From contig CM120640.1 of the NCBI GenBank assembly GCA_051362555.1, positions 63,218,788 through 63,282,787 of the forward strand: DNA of 64,000 nucleotides. Reading direction: 5' to 3'. The position numbers were made by a program, and so were the translations under genes. Shown piece by piece: positions 41,300 to 54,000 of the stretch. The stretch is from Lingula anatina (Eukaryota; Animalia; Brachiopoda). The stretch's first letter is position 1. Every line of letters begins with the position of its first letter. The notes under the pieces are model-generated. The model saw only the letters and a program-made list of their open reading frames with translations. It did no database searches and was not told where the DNA came from.

Positions 41300-41590
41300 C
41301 TTGAAAGTTGCAGTAGAAATAACACGGGAGCTCTCAAAATTATTTCCGTGTTAGCTCCGTCAGTCGGAGGAAACGATTCATTGAGATCCGTGTAGTCTGG
41401 GCATTAAATAACCGTGGGACAGCTTGCGTGCACGATGATAATAATAATATGAAAATTGTCGTCACATTGACGCACCCTGTCCGGATGTAATACTTTGGCC
41501 CCGGGTAAACTGATATTGGGATTTGTATATTTAAAAGCAAGTGAAGTTCGCTACCAGGTGCCAGGCTTTGTCTCCGTCCTTTATATTTTG
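41300..41590 (-). promoter_or_regulatory. Putative TATA promoter and non-coding first exon of the glycoside hydrolase gene
   Basis: Minus-strand TATAAAAG at about 41579-41587 and a strong donor AAG/GTGAGT at 41300/41299. The hydrolase ATG needs an upstream exon. The link is inferred. Confidence 0.5.
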
Positions 41591-41836
41591 TTAGCTGTAT
41601 GACACAGAAGTTTTAGAGGAAATGAGGTGCGGCAATGCCTTACCCTCACACCAGGATATATTCATATTGTTGTTAGTATCAAAAATGGTATGATCGGCAC
41701 AATATCTCAAAGCCGGAAAAAATAAATGTCAGTCAAAGGTATACCCTTTGTAGAAAAATAAGTGCAAACGACTAGCCAATAAAAATAAAAGGATATGGTA
41801 AAAGTCATATTTTCATCCTGCGACTACTAGTTAGTC

Positions 41837-41843
<7 letters not shown>

Positions 41844-41872
<29 letters not shown>
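41844..41872. repeat. (TG)n microsatellite
   Basis: Direct reading. Confidence 0.95.
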
Positions 41873-41875
<3 letters not shown>

Positions 41876-42765
41876 TGAAACGTGTGCAAGATGTTACGTT
41901 TTGTTGTTACGTTGCAATAAAGTAATTTACCGTCCGTGCCGAAGCAAAGGGTCAAATTTCTTTGCCTTCAGCCGCTCTGTAATTGATGAGACACTCGTCG
42001 TACAATGTGCCAGGGAATAAATCTTTTCCTCATAGCTTTCTAACAGCTTCATCGAATTTCAATTATTTTCTAGACTTATTTTGCCAGGTAACTAGATTCC
42101 CTGCGAAAATTAGAAACTAATGACGTTAAACGAAAGCAGGAAAATACCGATCACTAATATAGTCCCGGTTCCGAACACCTAAAATCACCACAAGAGCCTG
42201 CTGGTTTATGTTAGATCCAAGTACAAATGTACTAGTTTGGATTGCTTTAGTTGTGCAGACATTCGATCAGTGATTGATGAACCTTAAAACTCAGTCTTGG
42301 CGTTTCTAAACAGAGCCATTTTCAGGTGAAAATTTGTAAATAAAAGTCAGTCAAACCTCCGACATGAGTATATACATACATATTTATATATGTACTAGTA
42401 ACTCATTAAAATTTTCAATTCTCTTCTCTTATTTTTCTTACTTATGAATAACGTTCCTCATCGGTCACAACTAAGTGGATGAACTCGATACTGCATCAGA
42501 CAGAAGTAATCAGTTCTTATTGTATAACTTTTTTTACAGCGATAAAGTGACTCAAAAGATGATATAATAACATAAAAGAAACAAAGACAAAATTGTAAGG
42601 AAATGATTTTATTTTACACGAGTTGATGAAATTAATGAATATATACAAATGGATGTTTACAGGACGAATTGCTTTTATCCGGCTCAAAATTTGCACTTTT
42701 ACAAAATGCCACAGATCGCTCACATAACTCATTTAGTCAATGGTTCAAAAAGTCGTTTGTCAATT

Positions 42766-43653
42766 TTACTTCTTTGCAGCCTTCTTTGGGGATTTCTTTA
42801 CTTTTGGCTTTGCTGCCTTCTTGGGTTTAGCAGCTTTAGGTTTGGCGGTTTTCTTTACTGCTGGCTTGGCCTTTTTGGGAGATTTCTTTGCTTTTTCTTT
42901 TTTGGCTTTAGGCTTGGTAGCTTTTTTAGGCTTAGCTGCCGCTGCCTTCTTAGGTTTCTTTGCGACCTTTGGTTTTTTGGCTGCAACTGGCTTCTTCTTC
43001 GCCGCACTTGCCTTCTTTTTCGGGGCAGCTTTTACATCTCCGAGCTTGAAGGAGCCCGATGCTCCCGTGCCCTTAGACTGTTTGAGTTTTCCGCTCTTGA
43101 CACTCTGTTTCAGGGACATCTTTACACAATTGTTTACAACCACTGGATCGGAGCCCACGCCAGGGTGCTTGGCCATAATAGCTTTACAAATAGCTTGCCT
43201 GGAAGATCCAGATCTTTCCTGCAAAAATAAATTGATATAATATTATATGAGTATACAATATATACATTATCAACAAAACAGTACAATGATCCTTAGATCC
43301 CTTCACTGCACAGAACTTTTGGGCACGCCCATCACTTTTCTTTACTTTCCTTTATATCCTTGTATATCAAGTGCAAATAATGCTTGAAAGCACAAAAAAT
43401 GAACCATTCAACAATGTCTTTTAAGCCTTATGCACAACCCATTGACGTGTTAAAAAACGTAACCCCTTCATAGAATAGTATTACGTATATGGTTACATAC
43501 CTTTAGGTCTTGGATAGCCTCAACGATCATGTCAAAATATCTTGGGTGATTGGAGGGCTTCTTTGCCTTTTTCTTTGCAGCCTTTTTAGCTGGAGAAGCA
43601 GCCTTTGCTGGGGCTGCTGGAGCAGGTGCAGGGGTTGCAGCGGCATCAGACAT
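42766..43653 (-). CDS. Linker histone H1, intron-containing (replication-independent type), 201 aa
   Basis: Exons 43653-43501 and 43218-42766. Globular domain [16 protein letters not shown]^[10 protein letters not shown]...[14 protein letters not shown]-rich tail with SPKK. AATAAA at 42613-42608 and no histone stem-loop after the stop. Confidence 0.95.
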
Positions 43654-44940
43654 CTTGCTAAAAAACCTATATTCTCACGTTTAAACAACAACGTTTTAAA
43701 AATCGAATGTCCTAATCTTAGTGCTACGTACGCACTTGAATATAATTGTATCGCGCGGACCTTGGAGAACACACCTCCGATAGCAGCACGCTTTGCAACA
43801 AAATGGCCACTATGTAGCAATGAATTGTGCTTGTTCGCTTTGATATTGTACCGCACTGAACAATACCGGAGCATAATGTGGGTCACGTAAAGAATACTTC
43901 TCAAAGACTATTGACCGTACTTTAGAGAAACTCAAAAGGTAAACTAAACTTTACTGAATTATAGGTCAAAATTGCTGAAAGAGTGAGGTGGGAGGTCTAT
44001 CGAAAAACCAAAATTTCCACTTGCGAATGGAATTGTGAAGATACTCTGTTGCGCATTGGCTTAATTATGCGAATGACATAAATTTTAATGCCTCTTTGAG
44101 AGACTGTGAAAATGGCGCAGTTTGCGGTGGATATTGGAGGCTCGATTTTGCAAGGATAAGTTGGGGTAACTAGCACAGGACGATCACTTCCGCCATCTTG
44201 CATAGGAATTAACAGATACCCGAAATATAACTCATTTGAGATGAAATAAATGAATTTCAAGATTATAACGTTTTTGGTAGTTATTCTTTGAACAAACCAC
44301 TTGCCTTTGGGCATCATTGGATAAACAATAGATGGTTCATTTGTGCAAAATCTCATGCAATAATTGAAGTCCATGACCCATTTTCAAAGGCAGTGTCATT
44401 CGACCTCAAGTAAGCTACGTACTTAAAGCCAAAATTATATCCACGCAAAACATGATATTTTTGGTGACTTAATACTTTAATACGTTTAACTGAAGCATGT
44501 AACTGATTAAAATGACATATGTGTTGTTGCTTATCAAGTTGGTTGTTTTATAGATCGATTTTTGTGTTATAATTATATGACTTGGACTTGAAAAGACGTC
44601 ATGATTGACCTCTGAGAGTTCACAGAAAATATTGCTGCAACATTACAATGAAATTATCGAGATAAGAAGAGCTACGACAAGTAAGTGTTTATTCGGAAAT
44701 TAATAAATGAAATACACATCGAGAAAATTGGACAGACGGATTTTTATTTAACTCCATCCTTATTTTAGGGGCATGAAAAGTATTACTAGTAATTATTCAC
44801 ATATAGCCTGTGGGAAGAACATGAGAATTACGTTTTGTGTGGAGCATAGCTACACTGTAGCTTAGTTTAAAATATATAAGGGACTTACAAATTTATTTGC
44901 AAATAAATAAATTAATAAATATAAATTTAAACCGTAATGG

Positions 44941-45253
44941 CAGTAGCGGATTTAGGAGTGGTGTCAGGGGGGTCCTCACCCCACCCCCCCTTCGATTTCT
45001 GAAATAAAATCACACTAATGATCCCCTTTTGAAATTAGAATTTTTACTAACTGAATCATAATTCTACACCGTACCAAATGGCACCGTTCGCCCTCTAAAA
45101 TACAAAAAAAATTTCGGGGCCCTTCCGTGGGCCCCGAATCCCACGCCAAAGTGGGGGTTGGTGGTGGGGGGGGGGGGGGGGCGGCTTCTTTTCCGCGGCC
45201 TATCATTCCTAATCCCCCCCCGCCCACTTCAAATAACCCTGGATCCGCCCCTG
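44941..45253. mobile_element. hAT-like MITE (CAG..GCGGAT..AGG termini)
   Basis: Imperfect TIRs CAGTAGCGGATTTAGG / CCTGGATCCGCCCCTG, internal G/C runs, second copy at 17321-17529. No clean TSD, so the superfamily is tentative. Confidence 0.7.
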
Positions 45254-46815
45254 AATAGTCATATTGTGGGGTTCACCGATAGCATTTTGCATTTTACATG
45301 CACAAAAAGAAAGAGGTGTTTGAGAAAACTATATTTTGAGTCGCACAGAAATAATATAATCACTTCAAATAGGTAGGTATTTACTTCTTTCACCAAGCTT
45401 GAAATGAAAGAGTGATTTTTCCCCAATTGCAAACAGGTTATAACAAGAAAAATCGCATTAACGTTGTGCCTGTACATATGTTTCGAACGTTCACATTCTT
45501 ATAATATTTTTAATATGGGAAAAAATTGATGTAGGTATAGAAACTGATCTAAACATCAGCCTAGCCTTCAGAGAGGGAGAGGGGAGGTCACTTGGCAGAA
45601 CCCCTCGAAAACAAAACGTTATCGATGATCCTTTTTTTATTTTTATTATTTATTTATCTATTCATTCATTTATTTATTTATTTATTTTTAGATATGTAAT
45701 TAAAATAAGTATTCGGCCAGAAGGAAATCGGGTAAGCCGTGCATTTTTAACGGGTTTTTGTTTTAGTTGTGGAGAACCTGTCTCTAGCATCCGAGAAATA
45801 AGTCGCAGATTGTTACTGAAAGTTCCGCCGTTTTAAAATTTAAACTTTTCTTTTCACTGTTGCTGTTTTGCTGTCTTTGTAACAGAATCCGTCCATACAA
45901 AATTAAACACCCGCATTTTCAGTTCTAACTTCAATACGAGGGGTAGTTAAGAGTAAATGAATGATTCTCTCCTTAACATGCGTACCAAGTCTTATGACAT
46001 TTATTTAGTAATGTTTTTGCACCAGCACCAATACAGGAAACTTACAAAGACAGGTGTGTGTAAATGCAAAAGCTTCTTTCAATCCAGTTTTTGCATGTTG
46101 TCTCTTGTTTCTTGAGCTAGGCCGTGACAGTTGGTCATTTATTTATTTATTTATTTATTTTTATAGTTTGCCTCTGTCTGTTGGTCTCCTCTTTCAGCTT
46201 CAAGTTATGATTTTTTCTTGGATGTTTTTCTCTCACTTATATTAGTTATGTACCTGAATTATCACCAAATGATGTACTTCTTATGCACGTTTTCGCCCAC
46301 TCAGTTATTTATATAAGCCAACGGTAATATTTTTTACCTGGTGACAATGATTTAGCTTGGGTTTGGGACTATTCATAGGCTAATTCATCCGTTTAGATTC
46401 AATCCAACAACGACGATATGTCGCAAAACACGTGACGGTGAGTCATCGCAATCGTGCAGGAGAATTTTGCGTACATGATTACCAATGTTTAAATTGTTTT
46501 CTAAATAAAAACGAATCGCTATCACGGGTCTTATGAGTATAGGGCCTACAGAGCCAACTTGCATACAATTATATACTAGGTTCAGTGATAGGCTTCTTTA
46601 TATCTTCCTTTTTAGTAAAATCTGAAAATAATATATTTCCATTGTAGAAGACCTTACTCAAGTTTTACATTTACAATATTTCTTACTTTCACACACAGAC
46701 CAAGTAAACAGACATTTGGTTTTTGCTTCATATGAACAAGAAAGGCACCTGGGTGTCTAAATACTGTAGAAGGCAGAGGTCTTTGTATAAAAGAATATTA
46801 TATCCCCTTGTGTTG

Positions 46816-46818
<3 letters not shown>

Positions 46819-46898
<80 letters not shown>
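46819..46898. repeat. (AT)n microsatellite, about 80 bp
   Basis: Direct reading. Confidence 0.97.
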
Positions 46899-46900
<2 letters not shown>

Positions 46901-48479
46901 GGTATTGTATTTTTTTTCATTTAAGGAAACTGCAATATATTATTATCTAAGAAGGCAGAAGGCGCTCAAGTGAACGTGACGGTGGTAGTAGTGTATGTGT
47001 GTGAGGGGATGTACATTTTACATTGTCAAGTGCTCATGCCGTGAGAATGGGCTCACTCGTTTTTTTTTTTTTTTTTCAAAATAAAAAGTGAAGTATGATC
47101 ACTTAAAAATAAAAAAAATGCCTACATGTGTGTGTTTTATAGTGAATTAAACAACCCACAAAATAAATTTATTCCTAAATTCTTTAATTTATATGTTGTG
47201 AGTATATACACAATATCACATACAATAAGCTTGCTATAGACAAAATTGGCATTATTTCATTATACATTTGATATCCGGAGAGGAAATTTATTAATAGATA
47301 CCCTTTGTTGTTCACATCACTATTGTCAAAGGGAGTGTGAGAGGAAATTAAAAAACAGACTGATCGAACAAAATCTATCAGACTTTTAACAGACACTGTA
47401 TAATGAGCTTTACTTTACATTTTAACACACACAAATTTAATGAAAACAATTTTAATGTTAGTGAAAACTTGTGCAGGGCCTGGCTCCTTTGTTGAAAAGC
47501 ATCAACTACATTATCACAATTTAAAAGCCAAAACAGGACTGCTATTAATGTTAATCTTATCTGCTGATGAATATTATGAACTAAGTTGACATGATACATG
47601 TAATTTCAGAAGACAATGGATACACTGCATTATGATCAAGGCTACATTGAATAGAATTAACCTCATAATTTTATTCACATTGCATGGTTTAAAACCATAT
47701 TCCATGTATGTGATAAAATCGGACATGCCAGAGAGTTGTGTTACAAAGATTTCAAGATACAGAGGCTAAATAAATTTACTAATATTAATTAAAAGAAGCT
47801 TAAAGGGATAATAAGTCTTTGTTCTGGCCAAAAAATGGATTTTCCTGGAGTAAACAACAATTTTTTTATACTTACCATTGGTTAATGAATCCATTTTTAC
47901 ATTCAAAGTTAGTCCCTGGTTATTTTCTAGAAAGTTTGTTTTTATGTTATAATCTCTTAAGAGATTATAACAGAGTATAGCCATCAGTGGAGGTCATGTG
48001 GTCTAAAGACAAGCTCAGATATCAGAATAATAGCTATAACTGCCGTTTTTGTGGTAAAAGAAAATATATTATATTTCTGTGAGTTGTTCACAATGTTTTT
48101 ATTGTGAAATATAGATCTTATACGAAGAGTTATTATCCCTTTAACTAATAGAAAATTAATTTTACATGATATGTTTGCAGTTTGCTTATTAAGTACCCTC
48201 TCATTTAGGTATTAATTTTAATCATTAAACATAGGAACACATTCTGAAATGAGCTTCCAGAGAGCAGAAAACCAATTTTAGGCTATAACATGTCAAATTT
48301 CTGCAAATCATTTCTTGTTTACAAATCAAACTGGATTTCTAGACATTAATCACCTGAATATTTCTCTTGAACTTTGTACAAAATCTCCATTGTCCAAGTT
48401 AATAGTTAACTTTGCATTTCATCTCTTATGGCTTTTAAACTTTTCCTTAAACACATTATAGCATGGAGCTCTGACTGCA

Positions 48480-49589
48480 TCAGGAGTCCAAAAACAAAAT
48501 CCCACATACTGTTCCAAATCCTAGCACTAAAAACAGCATTTTAAGCAAACGCATATCATGTGAGTTGAATTCATGAGGGAGGACTTCAAAAAATGTTATG
48601 TACAGAAATGTTCCACAGGCAATTCCCTGCAGTAACCCATTCACTAAACTTGATATGGCCACTGATGTAGACAAATTAGTTACTACTATGCCTATAGCAA
48701 TTCCAATGGGTGAAGTAATGCAAAACAATGTATTAGAGCCAATTATACCCCAAAAACTTATTGAGCTCTGTGAAAGATTTAACCCCAAGCTAAATGCCAG
48801 GATACTTTTGTGAAGTAGTAGTGCCAGTGAAATTTGTACCACACTGCCATCATCAGGTTGCAAACCCACAGCTAGTCCTTCAAAAACAGAATGTAATGAT
48901 AAAGCTGTTAAAAGAAGTAGGGACCGCACAGGTGAATGCAAATGTTCTTCATCACGGGCCCTGTCACCTTGTTCAGGGGATATAAAGTCATCTTCATCTG
49001 TGATAGGACCCTCATCATCTGGTAATGTAGGTGAGTCTTTAATACCTGTAACACTTCCAACACTACTGGTTGTACTCATACTACGATAAGTTCTATTAGT
49101 GCCATTCCTAGCATATCTTCCCATTGGACTCGTACTTGAATGTCGCCCACTGTGGCTATAGCTGTCAGAATCTAACAGTGGAGAGGTAGGGGAATATTCT
49201 GACTTTTCTGTGACTAGAAGTTTGTCCTGTTCCAAATGTTTTTCTTTGACATACAGCACTACTTGTTCCACCATTAAAATTATGAAGAAACCAAAACACA
49301 TGACAAACTCGGCCAATGGAAAGGAGTTTTTGATGTTCAGTTCCTTAAAAGCTTCGGAAAGTTTTTCCTGTACTTCTGGTAGTAAATCCAACAGACAAGT
49401 TGCCAAGAAAACACCAGCAGCATAACAGCTCAGCAAACTGATGGCCCTCTTAAATTTGCGTTTACGTCGCCTGGACATAGTTCTGTTAGCATATCTTATC
49501 CCAACTAAGGGTAACATGCTTGTGATCATAGTTAACACAAAAAGTCCAGAAAGTACAAGCACCTTTATCGTCCACAAAGCAAGCGCCAT
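48480..49589 (-). CDS. ZIP (SLC39A1/2/3-like, subfamily II) zinc transporter, 369 aa, intronless CDS
   Basis: Multiple hydrophobic helices. AAGVFLATCLLDLLP, TM4 HSVFEGLAVG, TM5 LLHKSILAF, GTFLYITFFEVLPHE. First ATG at 49589 (the track start at 49616 is GTG). Confidence 0.95.
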   Translation of the reverse strand: MALALWTIKVLVLSGLFVLTMITSMLPLVGIRYANRTMSRRRKRKFKRAISLLSCYAAGVFLATCLLDLLPEVQEKLSEAFKELNIKNSFPLAEFVMCFGFFIILMVEQVVLYVKEKHLEQDKLLVTEKSEYSPTSPLLDSDSYSHSGRHSSTSPMGRYARNGTNRTYRSMSTTSSVGSVTGIKDSPTLPDDEGPITDEDDFISPEQGDRARDEEHLHSPVRSLLLLTALSLHSVFEGLAVGLQPDDGSVVQISLALLLHKSILAFSLGLNLSQSSISFWGIIGSNTLFCITSPIGIAIGIVVTNLSTSVAISSLVNGLLQGIACGTFLYITFFEVLPHEFNSHDMRLLKMLFLVLGFGTVCGILFLDS

Positions 49590-50652
49590 GTCCCAATTTT
49601 TGATTTCCAGATACACGGGTTTGTGTTAGTGACCGCTCTCTTCAACAATCAATACTGACTAAGCTTGCACGCGCTCCTCATATTTGAACTATCTCATATG
49701 ACACTAATGACGTGAAGTCCAGCCTTGCCCCTTAATATTGTATTTGGGCATTGCAAAAATCAAGATCTGTTTAGAGAACGGCTATGGAAATAAACACAAA
49801 TTCACCCAAAAGTTTTTCAAAAATAAACGAAAATAAAATTATAATTTCTACGTTGAGCAATTTTTTTGTTTTTGTATCTACAGTTAGAAAACAAAATTAA
49901 CAATGTCGAAGTAGGTCACCGCCAAGTATTCCTTGTTTTAAACAAACACCGAGGCAGACATTAGTGGACACAACATTATCACACACTGGTGCAAGCAAGA
50001 ACATGCATTTTTCCACTTCATGCTGACAGAATTGTTGAAAATTCCAAGTCGGTAAGTGAGGCATTCGGTTTATTAATTTACTGCATATTTTATTCATCTT
50101 AATTATTTATTATTCGCTTAATATGGGCACACATTGTTCAGTGTTTACTCGTTGCCATCACGAATAAGCCAGGGTCCTGCGGTAAGTACCTTGCGTGTAA
50201 GACTGAAACTTAGGCAATAGGTCAGGCTAAATGGAGAGATTATTCATTTAAGAGTTTTCTTCCCGCGTTTAAAAATTCCCCGAAGTATTTTTTTCTCAAA
50301 TTCTGTTTCTACTTATCCTGCAAAGCTACTAATATTTCTTAATTCAGGCCTTGGAAGTAGCATGAAAGCAAAGGCCTAATAAGTGTAAAAATGAAGACCA
50401 ATTTGGGCACTGCTGCAGTGCGGGAGTTCTTAAATTTTTATCTTACTTCTCATCTCCTTCAACTTGCACACTCCTCTAAAACCAACCAGTTTTTCTGTCA
50501 ACAGAACCATGATTACGGTAGATTCATTTATTTTTTTTTGGTCAAATACATGCAAGTCTGTGTTGTTTAGAATATTTACTGTAAATATTTAAAGAAGTAA
50601 TATTCAATATTATTATTATTACTATTATTGTTATATTGCAGAAATCAGGACA

Positions 50653-50980
50653 ATGGGCTGTGGAGCTTCCAAAAGTCTGCCAGTGGAGTTTGATGAAGTC
50701 AGCAAAACATGGCATGCTGTTTGCCAGTCAAGAGATTTTCTTAAACCAGGTACCAAGGTTCAAGTGTCTCCAGAAAAACGGACAGGATGGAAGACTATTC
50801 GTATATTTGTATCATCAACATTTAAAGATTTCAATGCAGAGAGAGAAGTCCTTGTGAAGGAGGTAAGATTGAAAAGAAACTTAATATGTGAAACAAGCTG
50901 TGCCATTTTTTAATGGGAAGCCTATTCTGTAACCTGAAAGATATGATATAAGGAAGTATTATTTATTATTATTATTATTA

Positions 50981-51032
<52 letters not shown>

Positions 51033-54000
51033 CTAGCAAATGTTATAAATGTTTTGCAGGTGTTTCCTGACTTGCGAGCTTGGTGCCAAGAAAGAAGGCT
51101 TCATCTTGTAGAATGTGACTTAAGATGGGTGAGTACCCTCACTTCTACATTTTTTTTTTTTTCGTATCTAGTCCATTTATATCATTATCTTAACTGACCC
51201 ACAAATTAATGCCTTATACAATAGGCACCACTTAACTTGGACATCTATAACTGAAAACTTGTTAGAGTTGTGCAAAAATCTGTGTAAGACAATATTCAAA
51301 AGTTAGTGTCTACTAAAGAAAAAATCTGTACCAAATGATTTATTGGATATAAGTGGTAATTTGAGGCATAGAGTGACTGGTTTTGCAGAATATACTTTAA
51401 TTATACAATTTTTCTCTATTTGAATATTGATTTAGTGATAAATAACATTGTTTAACATTATGAATCTTAGAAAAGAACTGTAATTTTATCACAGGGTGTC
51501 CCAAAGAATACATCTGATGAGCTAGTGCTGAGAACATGTTTGGAGGAAATTGACCGTTGCATTAAAGAGAACAACATGCCATACTTCATAAATATGACAA
51601 GGTATGAGTTGTATAAATACAGGATCTGCATTACTTTTTACTGTTCTAACTTTAATCTCATACAGCTGGTTAAATATTGTTAACTGAGCCAACTTCTGAA
51701 TACAGTCGATATATCATTGTGGTTATAGACTGAAGCTACACAGTGGCAGTCATTTTTGGTCTTGGAACTTTGAAGAGTTTTCTTAAGGTAAAAATGAGCA
51801 GACCAGCAATTGTGAAACTGGGCTCAGTAGTGGTTTATCAAAACTGCAACTGTCTGTATTTATTCATTTACTTACAAATGTAAAAAATGGTTTGGTACAA
51901 AAATATATACCTTTGAGCTATATAAAAAATAGGAGTAAAACCTGTCATGATATCATACGACACAAATAAAGAACATTAAAACATTGGTAGATGTTTGTGA
52001 AATATGATGTGAGACACAAAGATAATTTAATATTTTTGATTTCCAGTGAACGTGTTGGTTGGATCCCTAAAACCGGTGATGTCCCCCCAAATCTGCTAGA
52101 CCAATATTGCCTAGTGTTTGGACTGTCAGTCACAGAAATGGAAATTATTCATGGAGCATACAAGAAAATTAACCCTAATTGTGAGGATAAGATGACACTT
52201 GATAGAAAAATATCTAAACAAAATTAAGACCTTTATTGAATAATTATTCCATTATTTTTAATTATTTCTAAAGTAAGCTGCAAAATGAGTAGGGTTAGAA
52301 TAAAGAGATCTCCCATTCTGCTTACTAGTACATTAACCTTGCATATAATGTACTAAATCTGAAACTAATGGTCTTGTCTAATTGCAAAAATTGCATACAA
52401 CAAAGAAAGTTGTGACAGACAATAATAGCTGGTCTCATTACAGTGTATGACAGGCCTAATGTAATTTTAAAGGAATAAATATGATTTTTCTCCAGTGAAC
52501 TTGAATATAATTTATATTGTTATTGTTTTCAGCCATTTTCATGTTGCGTGATAGCAGTTTTCTGAAGGATCTACCACCAGACCATCAGAAGAAATTTCTT
52601 GATGACACAGATGACCTGGAACTGTCCAGAAAGAAGCTATCTGCACTGAAAATAAAAATTACTGAAAGATTTCCTGTAAGTTATATATTCAACTGCCTGA
52701 TCTTTTTTACTGCTAATCAGATTGAGAAAAATTACATTTTATATGCACAGTAGGCAGTGTTTTCCATGTGACTCTTTTCTGTTTTTCAATTATTGTTAAA
52801 TACAATGAGATTTGATTAGAAAAACATCTTTTCTTATTATTGATTCTAATTATACTTAACCTTTTCTGTTTAGTTTTCTTTGTGCCACTGCATTCTTTCA
52901 TTCAAGGAATCAAGTTTAATATAGAAAATCCCCCAACTCAGTAAAACCTATTTTTAGACATGTTGCTTTATTAAAGGAAGACAACCTTGTGAATTATTAA
53001 CTTAAGCAAAAAAAAAAAAAAGGGGGGGGGGGGTCAGAAAAAAACCTTTACGGTATAATTGGTGGTACATTTCCCTACCTCTGTGAAAAGGGACGGGGCC
53101 TAATTACTTGATGTACCTTTACTGCAAGTCATAAAATGAAAGAAGCAAGTGGTGTTTCTCTTTTGTTTCTATACTTTCAAAGCATTCTACTTCTTTTTGT
53201 CTTCTTAGGTTGCTGATGACATAAGCCATCAGGTTGGCATTTCATCTTACGTCTCTCTCTGGTAGCACTACGGTACTAATAATATTATAAAAACACATGT
53301 TCAAAGGTATTTTGTACACTTTTAAAAATGCCCCAAGGTCTTAATATCCTACAAAGCTACCTGCCTTTTCCAGTTCATAGCATAAAAATAGTTAATTCAC
53401 TCAAATAAAAGTATATGTGAAGTATACCTGATGGAAATATTTCCATTTTAGCTTTAGATCCTTTAAAGTTCGAGGCCTTGGCATTTGGTGATCTGGTAAC
53501 TTGAGAAATAAAACCATTTATATTATATACCATATACACAAACCATATACCAATTTTCTGTTTGTGAAATGAAAAGGAAGTCTTACACTAATCTACGTCT
53601 GTGTCTTGTGAAATGTCAGGAAGATAGATGGCATTCTAAATACAGTAAATCAAGATTCATGTAGATCCAAAAGGCCAGGTGGAGTAATGATTTGTGAGTA
53701 GGAGAAAATTGCTTTTATGAAGAAATATTACATCTGCTCAGAAATCCTGTACAGAATACCTTTAACAGTTTTCTGATAGGCATGGTTTAATTTTTTTCTA
53801 GATTATCACTGCATTTTATATACTCAACTTGACAAATGACAACTTTAAAAGATAGTTAAAGACATTCATACAAAGTAAAAATGTTAATTTTCCTGGAGGT
53901 TCAGCTTATATCTATTAATCAGCAAGGTACATCCTTTCTATAACTGTTAAAACAATTAGGATCTAAAAATCAGTTTTCAAAGTTCTAAATATTTATTTCT

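Noticed and set aside
45935-45965. TACGAGGGG mariner-like terminus
   Set aside because: No matching opposite TIR or transposase remnant found.
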